Origin: Octopus sinensis
Taxonomy: Eukaryota
NCBI RefSeq assembly: GCF_006345805.1
Contig: NC_043000.1
Span: forward strand, 154,132,001-154,196,000
Length of the DNA stretch: 64,000 nucleotides
Direction of reading: 5' to 3'
Part shown: positions 51,003-63,460 of the stretch, in pieces
Layout: every line of letters starts with the position of its first letter
Position numbering within the stretch: position 1 is the stretch's first letter
Notes under the pieces: generated by a model
What the model was told of the DNA's origin: nothing
The model's database searches: none
Seen by the model: the letters and a program-made list of their open reading frames with translations, nothing else
Position numbers and translations under genes: made by a program

Positions 51003-51443
51003 GGTAAAAACAGTAAGATAACAAAAGAAAGAAAGAGACCTCAATATTATGTAAATAGAGGAAATTTATCTATAATATAATATGTTACAATTACTCAATA
51101 GAGATGGTGTTGTGGATTTCCACTTCGATATCTGAAACTCAGAGTTTTATCTTGACTATTGAGTAATTGTAATATATTATTTTATAGATATATATAGGTT
51201 ATGTGAGGTAACCTATATATAGGTTATGAGACGTGTACAAACTTTATACTTAGAATGACCAATTTTAGATACTATTGGATTTTACTCACAAGGTACTGGA
51301 ATCTTATATGTATACCATTCTGCCTAAATAATGGATCTACAGATGCAATATCCCTGCATATCTCACATCTATTTTCATTCCTCCACTTCACTCGATACAT
51401 ACAATATTACAAGGAGACAAACACACACATACACATATGTGTG

Positions 51444-51495
<52 letters not shown>

Positions 51496-51502
51496 AATCT
51501 TC

Positions 51503-51872
51503 CTTACTAACCACATGGTTCCGGGTTCAGTCCCACTGTGTGGTACCTTGGGCAAGTGTCTTTAACTATAGCCTTGGGCTGACCAAAGCTTTGTGAGTCG
51601 ATTTGGTAGACGGAAACTGAAAGAAGCCCATCGTATATATATGTATGTATATGTTTGTGTGTCAGTGATTGTCCCCCCCCCCCCGAACATCGCTTGACAA
51701 CCGATGCTGGTGTGTTTACGTCCCCGTCACTTAGCAGTTCGGCAAGAGAGACCGATAGAATAAGTACTAGGCTTACAAAGAATAAGTCCTGGGGTCGATT
51801 TGCTCGACTAAAGGCGATGCTCCAGCATGGCCACAGTCAAACCGACTGAAACAAGTTAAAGAATAAAAGAAT
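51503..51872 (+). mobile_element. SINE family A
   Basis: Near-identical to the other copies. Confidence 0.9.
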
Positions 51873-52439
51873 ACATACATTTCTTACAATAAAGCTACAA
51901 AGAATATCAAAATGAAGTTTAGATGATATAAGAAAAGAGAAAGAGTATGACAGATTTTTTATAAATGCTTGTATTTATTTTCCTGTGTGTAATTTATGAT
52001 AACCGATAACACAAATAATTAGCACACATTGCTAATTTAATATGAGTGACATGTGTCCTCCTTTTGAGAAGCCAATCTAAATTTTGATTTTCTCATGATA
52101 AGAGCCCAAACCAATATGCATAGTAATCTTTTGTTTTTTTTCTGCCATGAATGTTTCTTCTTCTTTGGTACCCAGTCTTGTTGTGCTGACCTGCTTTATT
52201 TATTGCTAACGGGTTTCTAGAATGTACAGCTAAAAAACAATACTACTTTCTTGTCAAAAGCATTTGTGTCTCAGTGTGGGGTATTGTGACCTGGAATAAA
52301 GCAGGTGATCTAAAATGACAAATGAAACTGGAGATGTTGAAGAAAAACAGGTCATCTCAAATGAATAGTAAATGAAACTGGATATGGTGTCTCAGGAAGA
52401 TCACCCGAATGGGGGTCTTTAGCCACAGTTTGTATTCAG

Positions 52440-52674
52440 CAAATTAAATGATTAAAACAAGGAAAATTGATTTAGAATGAGAACTGATATTTTGTACAAA
52501 CGAAAATGAAAAAACACAAGTCACCAAAAAATCCAGCTATGTCGTTAACAAACATGGTGTCACAATTACTACCTGCTTTTATAGCAAGTTAATGCAGGTA
52601 GTTTATCCCACTCACCCCCTTCTCCTTTTAGCTCATGCAATTGCAAAAACTGCATTATTTATGGGATGACCCAG
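52440..52674 (-). mobile_element. Mariner terminal fragment with TIR
   Basis: AAAAACTGCATTATTTATGGGATGACCCAG+TA is the reverse complement (one mismatch) of the TIR at 36771-36802. Confidence 0.75.
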
Positions 52675-53228
52675 TATAATGTGTTCTTTGCTGTTTTGTA
52701 AGATTGTAGGGGGGTTCATATGCGATAAATTTGCCTACTATTTCTAGCATGTCATTCAACTATACTGAAGCTCTCTTATTCACTCTCTAGTATTGTCTTG
52801 ATCTATGGTTGAGCTATTTCACTAACTCAGTCCTACTATTTTACTTTCTGATTGTGCGGGTGGCACGTAAAAAGCACCCACTACACTCATGGAGTGGTTG
52901 GCGTTAGGAAGGCATCCAGCCGTAGAAACACTGCCAGATCAGACTGGGCCTGGTGCAGCCTCCTGGCTTCACAGACCCCTGTTGAACTGTCCAACCCATG
53001 CTAGCATGGAAAACGGACGCTAAATGATGATGATTGGTACTGTAGCAATTTCTTCACATTCTTTGGAATGGAATGCTAGTAAAAGTGAAAATCCAATCCC
53101 TTTTAGAAGAGTTGTTTGTTTTAGTTTTGTTTTCCTTCCATCTTTGTTATACTCCAGTTATACTTTTTGCGGTTTATTTTTATCAATATTCTCTTTTAAT
53201 TTAATTTAATATTTTATATTAATTCTAG

Positions 53229-53352
53229 TGTTATGTGCAGAAACCATTGAAAATCGAATAAAACATAGCAATGCTTATGCGTTGGTACAGAACTACCGGC
53301 GCTATGGCCACAAACTTGCCAAATTGGATCCGCTTGGACTTAAAGAAACACA
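53229..53352 (+). CDS. DHTKD1: DHTKD1 coding exon 2 (alternative in-frame acceptor gives a start at 53241)
   Basis: (V)LCAETIENRIKHSNAYALVQNYRRYGHKLAKLDPLGLKET. The LVxxYxxxGHxxAxxDPL motif is typical of 2-oxoacid dehydrogenase E1. Phase 1 in, phase 2 out, donor GTAAGT. Confidence 0.9.
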
Positions 53353-54016
53353 GTAAGTTTTGTAGCAGTGTGTTATTTTCCCCTTTCATTTTTCTGAAGT
53401 ATAAATTCTACGTGTATCTTTGCATCACACACATATATGCACATACTTCTATTCATATTGAAGAACAAATAAGGGTTAGTGACAGGAAGGGCACCTGGCA
53501 ATAAAACAAGACTTTGATATATTCATTTAATCCATGCTAAGATTGAAAAACAAATGAACAAGTATGAATATGTCATCATCATCACCATTTAACATTCGTT
53601 TTCCACGCTAGCATGGGTTGGACGGTTCAACTGGGGTCTGGAAGCCATGGAGGCTGCACCAGGCTCCAGTCTGATCTGGCAGTGTTTCTACAGCTGGATG
53701 CCCTTCCTAACGCCAACCACTCTGTGAGTGTAGTGGGTGCTTTTTACGTGCCACCAGCACAGGGGCCAGAAGTGGCTGGCAAACGGCAACGATTGGTTGG
53801 TGCTTTTACATGTCACCAACACGGACACCAGTCAGGGGCACTCCAGCATGGCCGCAGTCAAAATGACTGAAACAAGTAAAAGAGTAAAAAAGTAAGAGTA
53901 AAGAGAGGTATGTTTGTTATGATGACAGTGTTTTTCTCTTCATGATGATGATGATGATAACAATGGTTAATCTCAAACTACTACTTTATTGTTTTCCCCT
54001 CTTTGTTTATTTACAG

Positions 54017-54194
54017 GAGCATTCAACAACTGAACCCATCACGCTATGGCATCTCTGGAGATAACGAGGTAGCGGACATAAATGTTAAAGGTATCCTACA
54101 TTGTGGATATGGCTACCAGTCCCCTAAAGAACTAATAGAGAATCTCCAAAGACAGTACTGCGGACATATCGGTGCTGAATTTGAACATTTAGAG
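54017..54194 (+). CDS. DHTKD1: DHTKD1 coding exon 3
   Basis: Acceptor TTTACAG; (Q)SIQQLNPSRYGIS...ELIENLQRQYCGHIGAEFEHLE; donor GTAAGA; phase 2 in, phase 0 out. Confidence 0.93.
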
Positions 54195-54839
54195 GTAAGA
54201 TTACACAAATTTGTCTGTAACTTTAGCTGTTGGTGGTCTTTCTTATAATAACGGGTGCCATGTAGTGCCATGTAAAAAGCACATCTGCTGGTGTCACATA
54301 AAATGTACCCAGTACACTCTATAAAGTGGTTGGCATTAGGAAGGGCATCTTGCCAAAGAAACTTTGCCAAAACAGATAAATGTAGCCTGGTTTAGCTCTC
54401 TGGCTTGCCAGCTCCTGTTAAATCATCCATCCTATGCCACCATAGAAAATGGACATTAAATGATGATAATAAAAAAAAAGACACATAAAAAACACCATTT
54501 GAGCGTGACCATTGCCAGAAACGCCTGACTGGCCCTCTCAGAGTGGTTGGCGTTAGGAAGGGCATCCAGCTGTAGAAACTCTGCCAGATCAAGATTGGAG
54601 CCTGGTGCAGCCATCCAGTTCACCAGTCCAACCCATGCCAGCATGGAAAGCGGACGTTAAACGATGATGATGACGATGACAACGACGCAGCAGTAGCAGC
54701 AGTACTGTGTTGTGGTTATTGTTGTTTGTCCCCCAGTTCAGTTCTGCTGGGGTAGGTTCCAGACATGTCTGTCTTGAATTTTACTCTGATATAACACACC
54801 TAGGGTTACATTATCCAACGTTTTGAAGCATCTAAGGGA

Positions 54840-56031
54840 AGACATTTGGCAAAAACAATTGGATCTGGAGAGCGCAAAGATTCACAAAGACAGTGCACCC
54901 TGTCACAGAGTTCTCCACACTTTTGAGTTTCTTGCCAAAAAACAACATATCGCAGGAATGGCTGTGTGGTAAGTAGCTTGCTTACCAACCACGTGGTTCC
55001 GGGTTCAGTCCCACTGCGTGGCACCTTGGGCAAGTGTCTTCTACTATAGCCTCGGGCCGCCCAAAGCCTTGTGAGTGGATTTGGTAGACGGAAACTGAAA
55101 GAAGCCCGTCGCATATATGTATATATATATATATATGTGTGTGTGCGTGTGTGTTTGTGTGTCTGTGTTTGTCCCCCTAGCATTGCTTGACAACCGATGC
55201 TGGTGTGTTTATGTCCCCATCACTTAGCGGTTCGGCAAAAGAGACCGATAGAATAAGTACTGGGCTTACAAAGACTAAGTCGCGGGGTCGAGTTGCTCGA
55301 CTAAAGGCGGTGCTCCAGCATGGCCGCAGTCAAATGACTGAAACAAGTAAAAGAGATATCATTTCCACACCTTCCCTGTTTGCCAGATTTGGCACCTGCG
55401 AACTTCCGTCTCTTCCCCAAGACGAAAATGCTGCTCAAAGGTCACCATTTTAACACCGCAGTCGAGATTCAGAGTGAATTTCAGAAGGTCCTCAACTCAC
55501 TTACAGGAAACAGCTTCCAGGCTGGATTCCAAAAGTGGCAAGAACGCTGGCTGGGACCAGAGTATTGCTGTGCAAAGTGACTATTTCGAAGGAGATGATT
55601 TTAAAACTTAGGTAAATAATGATCATCATCACTTAACGTCTGCTTTCCATGCTAGCATGGGTTGGACAATTTGACTGAGGGCTGGCGAACCAGACTCCAA
55701 TCTGATCTGGCAGAGTTTCTACAGCTGGATGCCCTTCCTAACGCCAACCACCCCGAGAGTGTAGTGGGTGCTTTTATGAGCCACTGGCACGAGGGCCAGT
55801 TTGGTGGTACTGGCAACGGCCACGCTCAAATGGTGCTTTTTATGTGCCACCTGCACAGGAGCCAGTCCAGCGGCACTGGCAACGACCTCGCTTGAATGTT
55901 TTTTCACGTGCCACCTGCACAAGTGCTAGTAAGGCGACGCAGGTAATGATCATGCTCGAATGGTGTTTAGGTAAATAAGTTATTTTTTATTAAGCATAAC
56001 TAGCTATGGAACTTTTTGATACCACCTCATA
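54840..56031 (+). mobile_element. Mariner 3' fragment split by SINE A (54953-55354) and repeat E (55622-55965)
   Basis: HKDSAPCH before the SINE and PDLAPANFRLFPKTK..FQKWQERW after it. Ends GAACTTTTTGATACCACCTCA-TA. Confidence 0.8.
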
Positions 56032-56925
56032 CTTCAAAGCAATCAATTCTATTTAGTTATGATTGCTATGAAGTAGCCAAGTCATCATTTTGTTGTCATC
56101 ATCATCATCAATGATTTTATGTCTTCTTTTTCAATGCTTGCATAGGCTGGACAAGACTTCTTGAAGCAGTATTCTATGGCTGAGTTTACCTTCCTAATGC
56201 CAGCCTTTACTTGTTTACAAATAATGTACTTTCATTATTATAATTCCATATCTTTGCTTGCCAAACTACTAAGCTACCAGACTTTTTGTTTATACGAGAT
56301 ACGAACATCATCACCACTACACAAGCAATATGCATGCAAAGACACTCAAACAAATATGCATGCACGTGTACATGCACACACATGCACACATACACATATA
56401 TATATGACAGGCTTCTGTACAGTTTCCAACTTCTAAATTTCACTCAAGGTGCTACACAACAATCTGATCTGAATTTCACTACTCACCCATGCTTAAACAT
56501 ATGAGCACATGTTTATGAATGTACTTATCTTAGCATAAATTATGTAATTTTTGCATCATAAATTATGCATGTCTAGTTTTACAAGTATAAATTACGAATG
56601 CATATCATCATCATCATCATGATTTAATGTCTGCTCCTTGCTGGCATGTGTTGGACACACACAAATCAATAAGGGAGCACTATGTGTTTCTTGACCTATT
56701 AGAATAGCAGCCAAATCATCTTCAAACCACACCGTACTATCTATAAAAACACATTGGAAAATGTAGTCTAGGGTACGCTGTGACTGATAAAAAGATTGGA
56801 TTGTCATGGCTAGACTGTCTCAATCAGAGCAATCAGGTTGGGAGTAAATTACAACAAACATCCAAATAAGTGAAAGCCACTCTGCTTAACAAAAACCAAA
56901 ATGTTGTTATTATTTTCTTTCATAG

Positions 56926-57033
56926 AATGAAGTGGAACGAGAATGGTTTGCTCATGCTTTTGAGACAAAAGATTCCATTGAAGTGTCTGCTGAACGTCAG
57001 ATCGCTCTGGCCAAGCTGATGCTTCGTTGCCAG
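56926..57033 (+). CDS. DHTKD1: DHTKD1 coding exon 4
   Basis: Acceptor TTTCATAG; NEVEREWFAHAFETKDSIEVSAERQIALAKLMLRCQ; donor GTATTG; phase 0 in and out. Confidence 0.93.
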
Positions 57034-57146
57034 GTATTGTATTCAAAATTTTTATATGTCTTTGAATAACTTACTATTGGTTTGATGTGAACATTTTAAA
57101 TCTGCTTTTTTTTTTTTATATGTTTCTTTTAATACAGATTCAATTA

Positions 57147-57528
57147 TCTCTATATATATAAACAGCAAAATGTCTGTCTGCGTGTGTGTGTGTGTGTGTG
57201 CGCGCGCATGTCCTTTATACAAATCCACAATTAGAGGGCTCGCACTTTCTATGGTCATTCAAAACCATCCAAGGGTAGTCATGCACATCTTTACATTTCC
57301 CCAGTCACCCCGAAAAGCCATTAAAAAGTCAATAGAAGTGACTTTTTTGTGAATTTTCTATCCAAAACCCAATCAAAATGCCTGAAACTTGACACGCCAA
57401 TTAAATGCCAGCTAGTTGTATGTGATTGGTCAGAGATTTGGACAGTACTCGCGTGTATGTGCACTCGCACGGAGCTGTATATGCATGTACTGGCACTATG
57501 ACCCGGCGTTGCTGGGTCATAGTGCTAG
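57147..57528 (+). mobile_element. Non-autonomous Helitron
   Basis: Starts TC after an A. Long 3' hairpin GCACTATGACCCGGC gtt GCTGGGTCATAGTGC, ending CTAG before a T. Confidence 0.8.
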
Positions 57529-58299
57529 TCTTTGATAACTCTTATACTCAGATGTATTTTTTCTTTTTCTTTTCTGATTTTTTTTTTTTTTTTGAAAATA
57601 TAGCAGACATTTTGTTCTTCATAAGGCCAGCAGTTCACCTGTAGTATTGGGAGTGTTACTGCAATTTTAGGTTTTGACTTGGATCCCTAAAGACATACAC
57701 AGCAGAATTGTTAGTATCCTGGACAAAATACTTCACAGCATTTTGTGAATCTTTACATTCTGAGTTAAAATTCTTCCAAGGATGACTTTACCTTTCAGAG
57801 TCAATAAAATAAGTAATAGTTGGGTCCTGGGATTAATATAATTTGCTAGCCTCCTCCCCAAATCTCAGGTCTTGTGCCTATAGTAGAAAGAATTATTATT
57901 ATTATAAATATCATTAAAGCAGCCAGCTGGCAGAATTGTTAGCACATCAGACAAAATTTTCAGCAACATTTCTCTCAGCTCTACTTTCAGAGTTCAAGTC
58001 CCACCAAGGTTGACTTTACTTTTCATCCTTTAGGGTCAATAAAGTAAAAGCACCAATCAAAAACTTGGGTCAATGTAATCAACTTGCCCCATCCTGTCAA
58101 AATTGCCAGCCTTGTACCAAAATTTGAAAGAATTATTATTTATTTCTTTATTACTCACAAGGGGCTAAACATAGAGGGGACAGACAAGGACAGACAAAGG
58201 GATTAAGTCGATTACATTGACCCCAGCACATAACTGGTACTTATTTAATCGACCCTGAAATTTTGTTATTATTATCATTATTATTCAACTTGACTCAGG

Positions 58300-58580
58300 T
58301 TTGGTCCTATTGCTGGTAGAGTTTAAGTGGGTAACATGTTACCTGTAACCTTTGATATCTACAAGCTTTCAATAATCTTTCAAGTGCTCAAAACCTTTCT
58401 GATAAGCATTCCTGTTCCTAAGAGGCAAACTTTTTGCAGAAGCTCTACAGTACTCTCCATTCCAATCTCCTTCAATTATTTGTCTATATAATTACTCACA
58501 GTCTCTAATGCACCAATTATTACAGACAACTTTTACAGTTTTCATATTCCAAATTCCTTGAAATTTCAAATTTTAAGGGA
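58300..58580 (-). mobile_element. R4/Dong-like (RLE) LINE C-terminal fragment
   Basis: Minus strand gives VIIGALETV and LQKVCLLGTGMLIRKVLST. Confidence 0.7.
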
Positions 58581-58771
58581 TTTATAGACACAGACATGGC
58601 TATGTGGTAAGAAGCTTACTTCTCAACTACATAATTCCAAGTTCAGCCCCACAGTGTGACACCTTGGCTAAGAGTCTTCTACTATAACCTCAGGCCAACC
58701 CGAGCCTTGTTAGTGGATTTTGTAGATGGAAACTGAAAGAAGCCTGCCATATATACATGTATGACAGGCTT

Positions 58772-58838
<67 letters not shown>

Positions 58839-58893
58839 ATATATATATATATATATAATATATATATATAACACACACACACACACACAAACA

Positions 58894-59960
58894 CAGACGT
58901 TCAGAAGTAAATAGACACCCTTATAATCATTAAAATTTATTAAATCTGAAATTATACACTCAAATTATTAATTGTTGTAATGTGAATATTTAATGTTTAG
59001 TAGACATACCCTTTTTATTTTTCAATGCAAAGACCCATTTGGGCATATTACTGATCAGATGATGAATATATTCTTGCAGAATTTCTTGCCAAGTTTCATG
59101 CAGTAATCTCAAAAGATCTGGCTTGGCCTTGGAAGCTTTTTAATGCCTTTCTCATCCAACAAATCTTGGGTCATTTTAACTGTGTGACAAGGAGCCCCAT
59201 CTTCCATAAATAAAGAATCTTCCTTAATCATTTCACCACTGGAGAAGACTGGAAGGAGTCCTTTCTGCAATATGGACACATATTTATCTGAGTTTATGTT
59301 TCCCTCACACTCCACCAGCTCTGATCAACCATTGCTCCAAATTGCTCCCCAGATCATCACAGAATAGCTGCCGTGTTTCATTGTTGGCTGTAATCTTTTC
59401 ACATCAAATTCTTACTCACAGAGTCTCCAGACACATACTCAACCACTGTCAGGAAATACAGCAAATCTGGACTCTTCAGAGAATATGACAGTGTTCCAAA
59501 ATGCTAGTGGCCTCTCCACCATCTAACTAACCCAATCTTTTCTCTGTTTGATGTTGGTTGGTCAAATAAGTGGCTTCCTTCTTGCTGCTCTGCCATAGTA
59601 ACCAAGTTTGTGGAGATACCTGACAGCTGTTCTGGGACTGACATCAACTTGTTCTGCTATAGCAGAGGCCTTGCAACGAGGATTATCCTCCACATTTCTC
59701 TTAGCAAAGAGAAGGGTCCTGTCAGAGGCCCCTGGTTGATCTGGGCGAGGTGATGTGGACTCCTTCCCTGCTCTGGTGAATTGCACAATCACTCTATCAA
59801 CTGTTGAAAGTAGGATCCCAAAGTTTTCTGCAATTTTACGCTGACTAAGTCCACCTTCAGAATGACCCACAATATGGCCTTTTTGAAATTCAGACAGTTC
59901 CAAGGCTTCTTTTATACATGGCATGATTAAACAGTCACATATAGAACCTGAAACATAAAA
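58894..59960 (-). mobile_element. Tc1-like transposase pseudogene
   Basis: ELSEFQKGHIVG..RAARRKPL (HTH), IFSEESRF, VMIWGA, FMEDGAPCHT; terminal CAGACGTTCAGAAGTAAATAGACACCC. Confidence 0.9.
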
Positions 59961-60369
59961 ATGTCAAATGATAAAAAATTTAAACCTAAGTGCTGCCTCG
60001 ACTGGCTCCAGTGCCGGTGGCACATAAAAAGCACCATCCGAACATTGCCGATGCCAGCGCTGCCTTGGCTGGCTTCCGTGCCGGTGGCACATTAAAAGCA
60101 CCAACCGATCGTGGCCGATGCCGGACCCCCCTGGCACCTGTGCAGGTGGCACGTAAAAAGCACCCACTACACTCGCGGAGTGGTTGGCATTAGGAAGGGC
60201 ATCCAGCTGTAGAAACACTGCCAGATCAGACTGGAGCCTGGTGCAGCCCCTGGCTTCCCAGATCCCCGGTCGAACCGTCCAACCCGTGCTAGCGCGGAAA
60301 ACGGACGTTAAACGATGATGATGATGATTTTAAATTTTTCATCTTCTCTCTTTACAAACCTGAAATCAG

Positions 60370-60715
60370 ACAGACATGATGGATCAGTCAGTGAGCAACT
60401 TTGCTTTTCCTTGTCTGTGAGACGACTGTTGTTATCGTTAGGCCTAACTCATCGTAAAGTCAATACCATCATGACTGATATCCAATCTACAGTGGAGAAG
60501 GCTAGCCACTGGATTTGGTTAAAAAGAGACGATGAGCGATGGCTAGAAGGATATTGAGTTTAACTTCATAACCAGCTAATCTAGCAAGCGGGGCCTCATA
60601 TCAGTGAGGGGGGCCGGTGCGCATTGATGCCGTCGAGAGGTAGGCCCAGAAACGGCGCACATTCTCTCCTGACGACCCCATACACTTGCTGGCTTCCAGT
60701 ATACGGAGCTTTTAA
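60370..60715 (+). mobile_element. Hero-like (RLE) non-LTR retrotransposon 3' end with GC-rich 3' UTR
   Basis: SVRRLLLSLGL..IQSTVEKASHWIWLKRDDERW* resembles the Hero C-terminal AEKASxWLWxKR motif; structured UTR at 60585-60700. Confidence 0.7.
60606..60680 (+). ncRNA. Candidate non-circularly permuted hammerhead ribozyme
   Basis: GTC (60632-34), GAAA (60649-52) and CTGACGA (60669-75), with stem III TGCCGT/ACGGCG and stem I GAGAGG/TCTCTC. Confidence 0.6.
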
Positions 60716-60759
60716 CTGGTAGCACTTGCATGTGCAAGTTGTTTGCAAGACATTATATC

Positions 60760-61800
60760 TAGTTTATTATTTTCTATCTTCTTATTCCATAAAATCTTGC
60801 TTTTCTCTTCTTCATGCGCTCTTTCAGGCCAATGATTATACCAAGTATTTCCAACTTCAAATCCCCATTTCTGACAAAGCTTCCAGTGCAAAACTCACAG
60901 CTTATTCATGCCTCCATTACTTATATTCTCTTTGAGCCAACGTGCCACATTCTGCTACAGTGTGTGCCATCATTTCATCCTGAATTCCTTATACTCTAAA
61001 TTTTGCTGGCACCTTCTTCCCATACACACATCTTCTCAAACCGCTTGATCTTAGCGCTTCATCTTGAGCTGTTTATAAGGCTCTCTGTTTCTATTTTTAG
61101 TTGCCATTTTTTCAACCAAGCCCAGGATTTTGTTCCACATACATCGTCAGTGGCTTTCCAAAACTGACCATACAAAGGCTTCTCTTCAATTTGTTTAATG
61201 CATTCTCTTTGGATTTCATTCTTGTTCTTTTTTTCTATTTCCCACTTGATCACCTGTTTTTTTATTCATTACATCATCATCATCCTTTAACGTCCACTTT
61301 CCATGCTAGCATGAGTTGGATGATTTGACTGAGGACTGGCGAACCAGATGGCTGCGCCAGGCTCCAATCTGATCTGGCAGAGTTTCTACAGCTGGATGCC
61401 CTTCCTAACGCCAACCACTCCATGAGTGTAGTGGGTGCTTTTACGTGCCACCGGCACGAGGGCCAGTCTGGCATTACTGGCAACGGTCACGCTCAAAATG
61501 GTGTTTTTTATGTGCCACCTGCACAGGAGTCAGTCCAGCGGCACTGGCAACAGCCTCGCTCAAATGTTTTGCTGGTGTGTAAATATTCTAGTTGGCTTTT
61601 TTTTTCCTCTGTCCATACTCTCTTCCACAGCCATTAAGCCTCTTCCACCCTGGTCTCTCTTCAAGTATAGCCAGTTAATATTAGCTTTCAGATGGTGGGC
61701 TCCACACATAGTCAACAGCTTCCCAGATTTTCTGTCAAGTTTCTTTATGTCCAATCTACAATTTCAACTCCATATCTAATAAAAGATACTGCTCATACAT
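60760..61800 (-). mobile_element. R4/Dong-like (RLE) LINE ORF fragment, interrupted by repeat E
   Basis: KLDRKSGKLLTMCGAHHLKANINWLYLKRDQGGRGL and KPLYGQF..SWAWLKK..ETESLI. Confidence 0.8.
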
Positions 61801-61849
61801 TTATTATGTCAATAACATTTTTTTAATCATCATCATTATCATCATCATC

Positions 61850-62248
61850 GAGTGGCTGCGTGGTAAGTAGCTTGTCTACCAGCCACATGGTTCCGGGTTC
61901 AGTCCCACTGTGTGGCACTTTGGGCAAGTGTCTTCTACTATAGCCTCGGGCCGACCAAAGCCTTGTGAGTGGATTTGGTAGACGGAAACTGAAAGAAGCC
62001 CGTCGTATATATGTATATATATATATATGCGTGTGTGTGTTTGTGTGTCTGTGTTTGTCCCCCTAGCATTGCTTGACAACCGATGCTGGTGTGTTTACGT
62101 CCCCGTTACTTAGCGGTTCGGCAAAAGAGACCGATAGAATAAGTACTGGGCTTACAAAAGAATAAGTCCCGGGGTCAAGTTGCTCGACTAAAGGTGGTGC
62201 TCCAGCATGGCCGCAGTCAAATGACTGAAACAAGTAAAAAGAGAGAGT
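61850..62248 (+). mobile_element. SINE family A, full length
   Basis: Near-identical to the other copies; ends ~60 bp upstream of exon 5. Confidence 0.92.
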
Positions 62249-62308
62249 ATACTAAGTTGTTGGATAACCACACTTCTGACTTCAATTGTAAATTATTACT
62301 ATTATCAG

Positions 62309-62420
62309 ACATTCGACCAATTCCTTGCTTCCAAGTTTACCACCGTCAAAAGATATGGAGGAGAAGGTTGTGAAAGTATGATGGCAGCTTTTGATGAAAT
62401 CTTTTCTAGATCATCCAATT
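62309..62420 (+). CDS. DHTKD1: DHTKD1 coding exon 5
   Basis: [44 protein letters not shown] distinguishes DHTKD1 from OGDH (KRFGLEG). Donor GTAAGT; phase 0 in, phase 1 out. Confidence 0.96.
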
Positions 62421-62981
62421 GTAAGTTTTACTGTTTCTTACTTTTAATATTTTTGACCGTTCAAAAGCAATAATATTCATTTTGGTCCTGCCATTACTGC
62501 TCTGAGAATTTGTCTTTTCAAAGGAAAAACGTCCAAAATTGTTATTAATTCAGTTTACTAGTAACATACCTCTATACTTCTGGCCATTTTGTGAATTGAA
62601 ATGGAAATGATAAATCATAGCTTAATTGGCATGGCTATGCTGATTAAGAAACTTGCTTTGCAAACACATAATGTTTGGCAAGGGAGTTCTACCATAGTCT
62701 CAGGCCAACCAATGCTTTGTGAGTGAATTTCAGAGATGGAAACTGTGTGGAAGCCTTTTGCATATCTGTATATGTATGTGTCATTGTCTCTTCTGCCACC
62801 ATTTTGCAACTGAGAGTGGTTTGTTTACATCCCTGAAACATAATGATTTTGGCAATAGAGGCCAAAAGAATAGATACTAAACTTGACAAAATAAGTACTG
62901 TGGTCGATTTGTTCTACTAAACCCTTCAAAACAGTGCCCCAGTATGGCCACAGTTCAATGATGGAAACAAGTAAATGATAA

Positions 62982-63396
62982 GGCGGTGAACTGGCAGAAA
63001 TGTTAGCACACCGGACAAAATGCTTATTGGTATTTCATCTGTGTTACGTTGTGAGTTCAAATTCCGCCGAGGTCGACTTTGCCTTTCATCCTTTCGGGGT
63101 CGATAAATTAAGGACCAGTTACGCATTGAGGTCGATGTAATCGACTTAATACCTACGTCTGTCCTTGTTTGTCCTCTCTATGTTTAGCCCCCTGTGGGAA
63201 ATAAAGAAATAGGTATTTCATCTGCCGTTACGTCCTGAGTTTAAATTCTGCCGAGGTCGACTTTGCCTTTCATCCTTTCAGGGTTGATAAATTAAGTACC
63301 AGTTACACACTGGGGTCGATGTAATCGACTTAATCCGTTTGTCTGTCCTTGTTTGTCACCCCCTATGTTTAGCCTCTTGTGGGCAATAAAGAAATA
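62982..63396 (+). mobile_element. SINE family B dimer inserted in the tail of a degenerate family A copy (~62690-63420)
   Basis: TSD GGAAACAAGTAAATGATAA on both sides. Confidence 0.9.
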
Positions 63397-63460
63397 GGAA
63401 ACAAGTAAATGATAAAAGATAAATTACAGTAAATTTTAAATTGCAATGCTTTTCTTTCAG

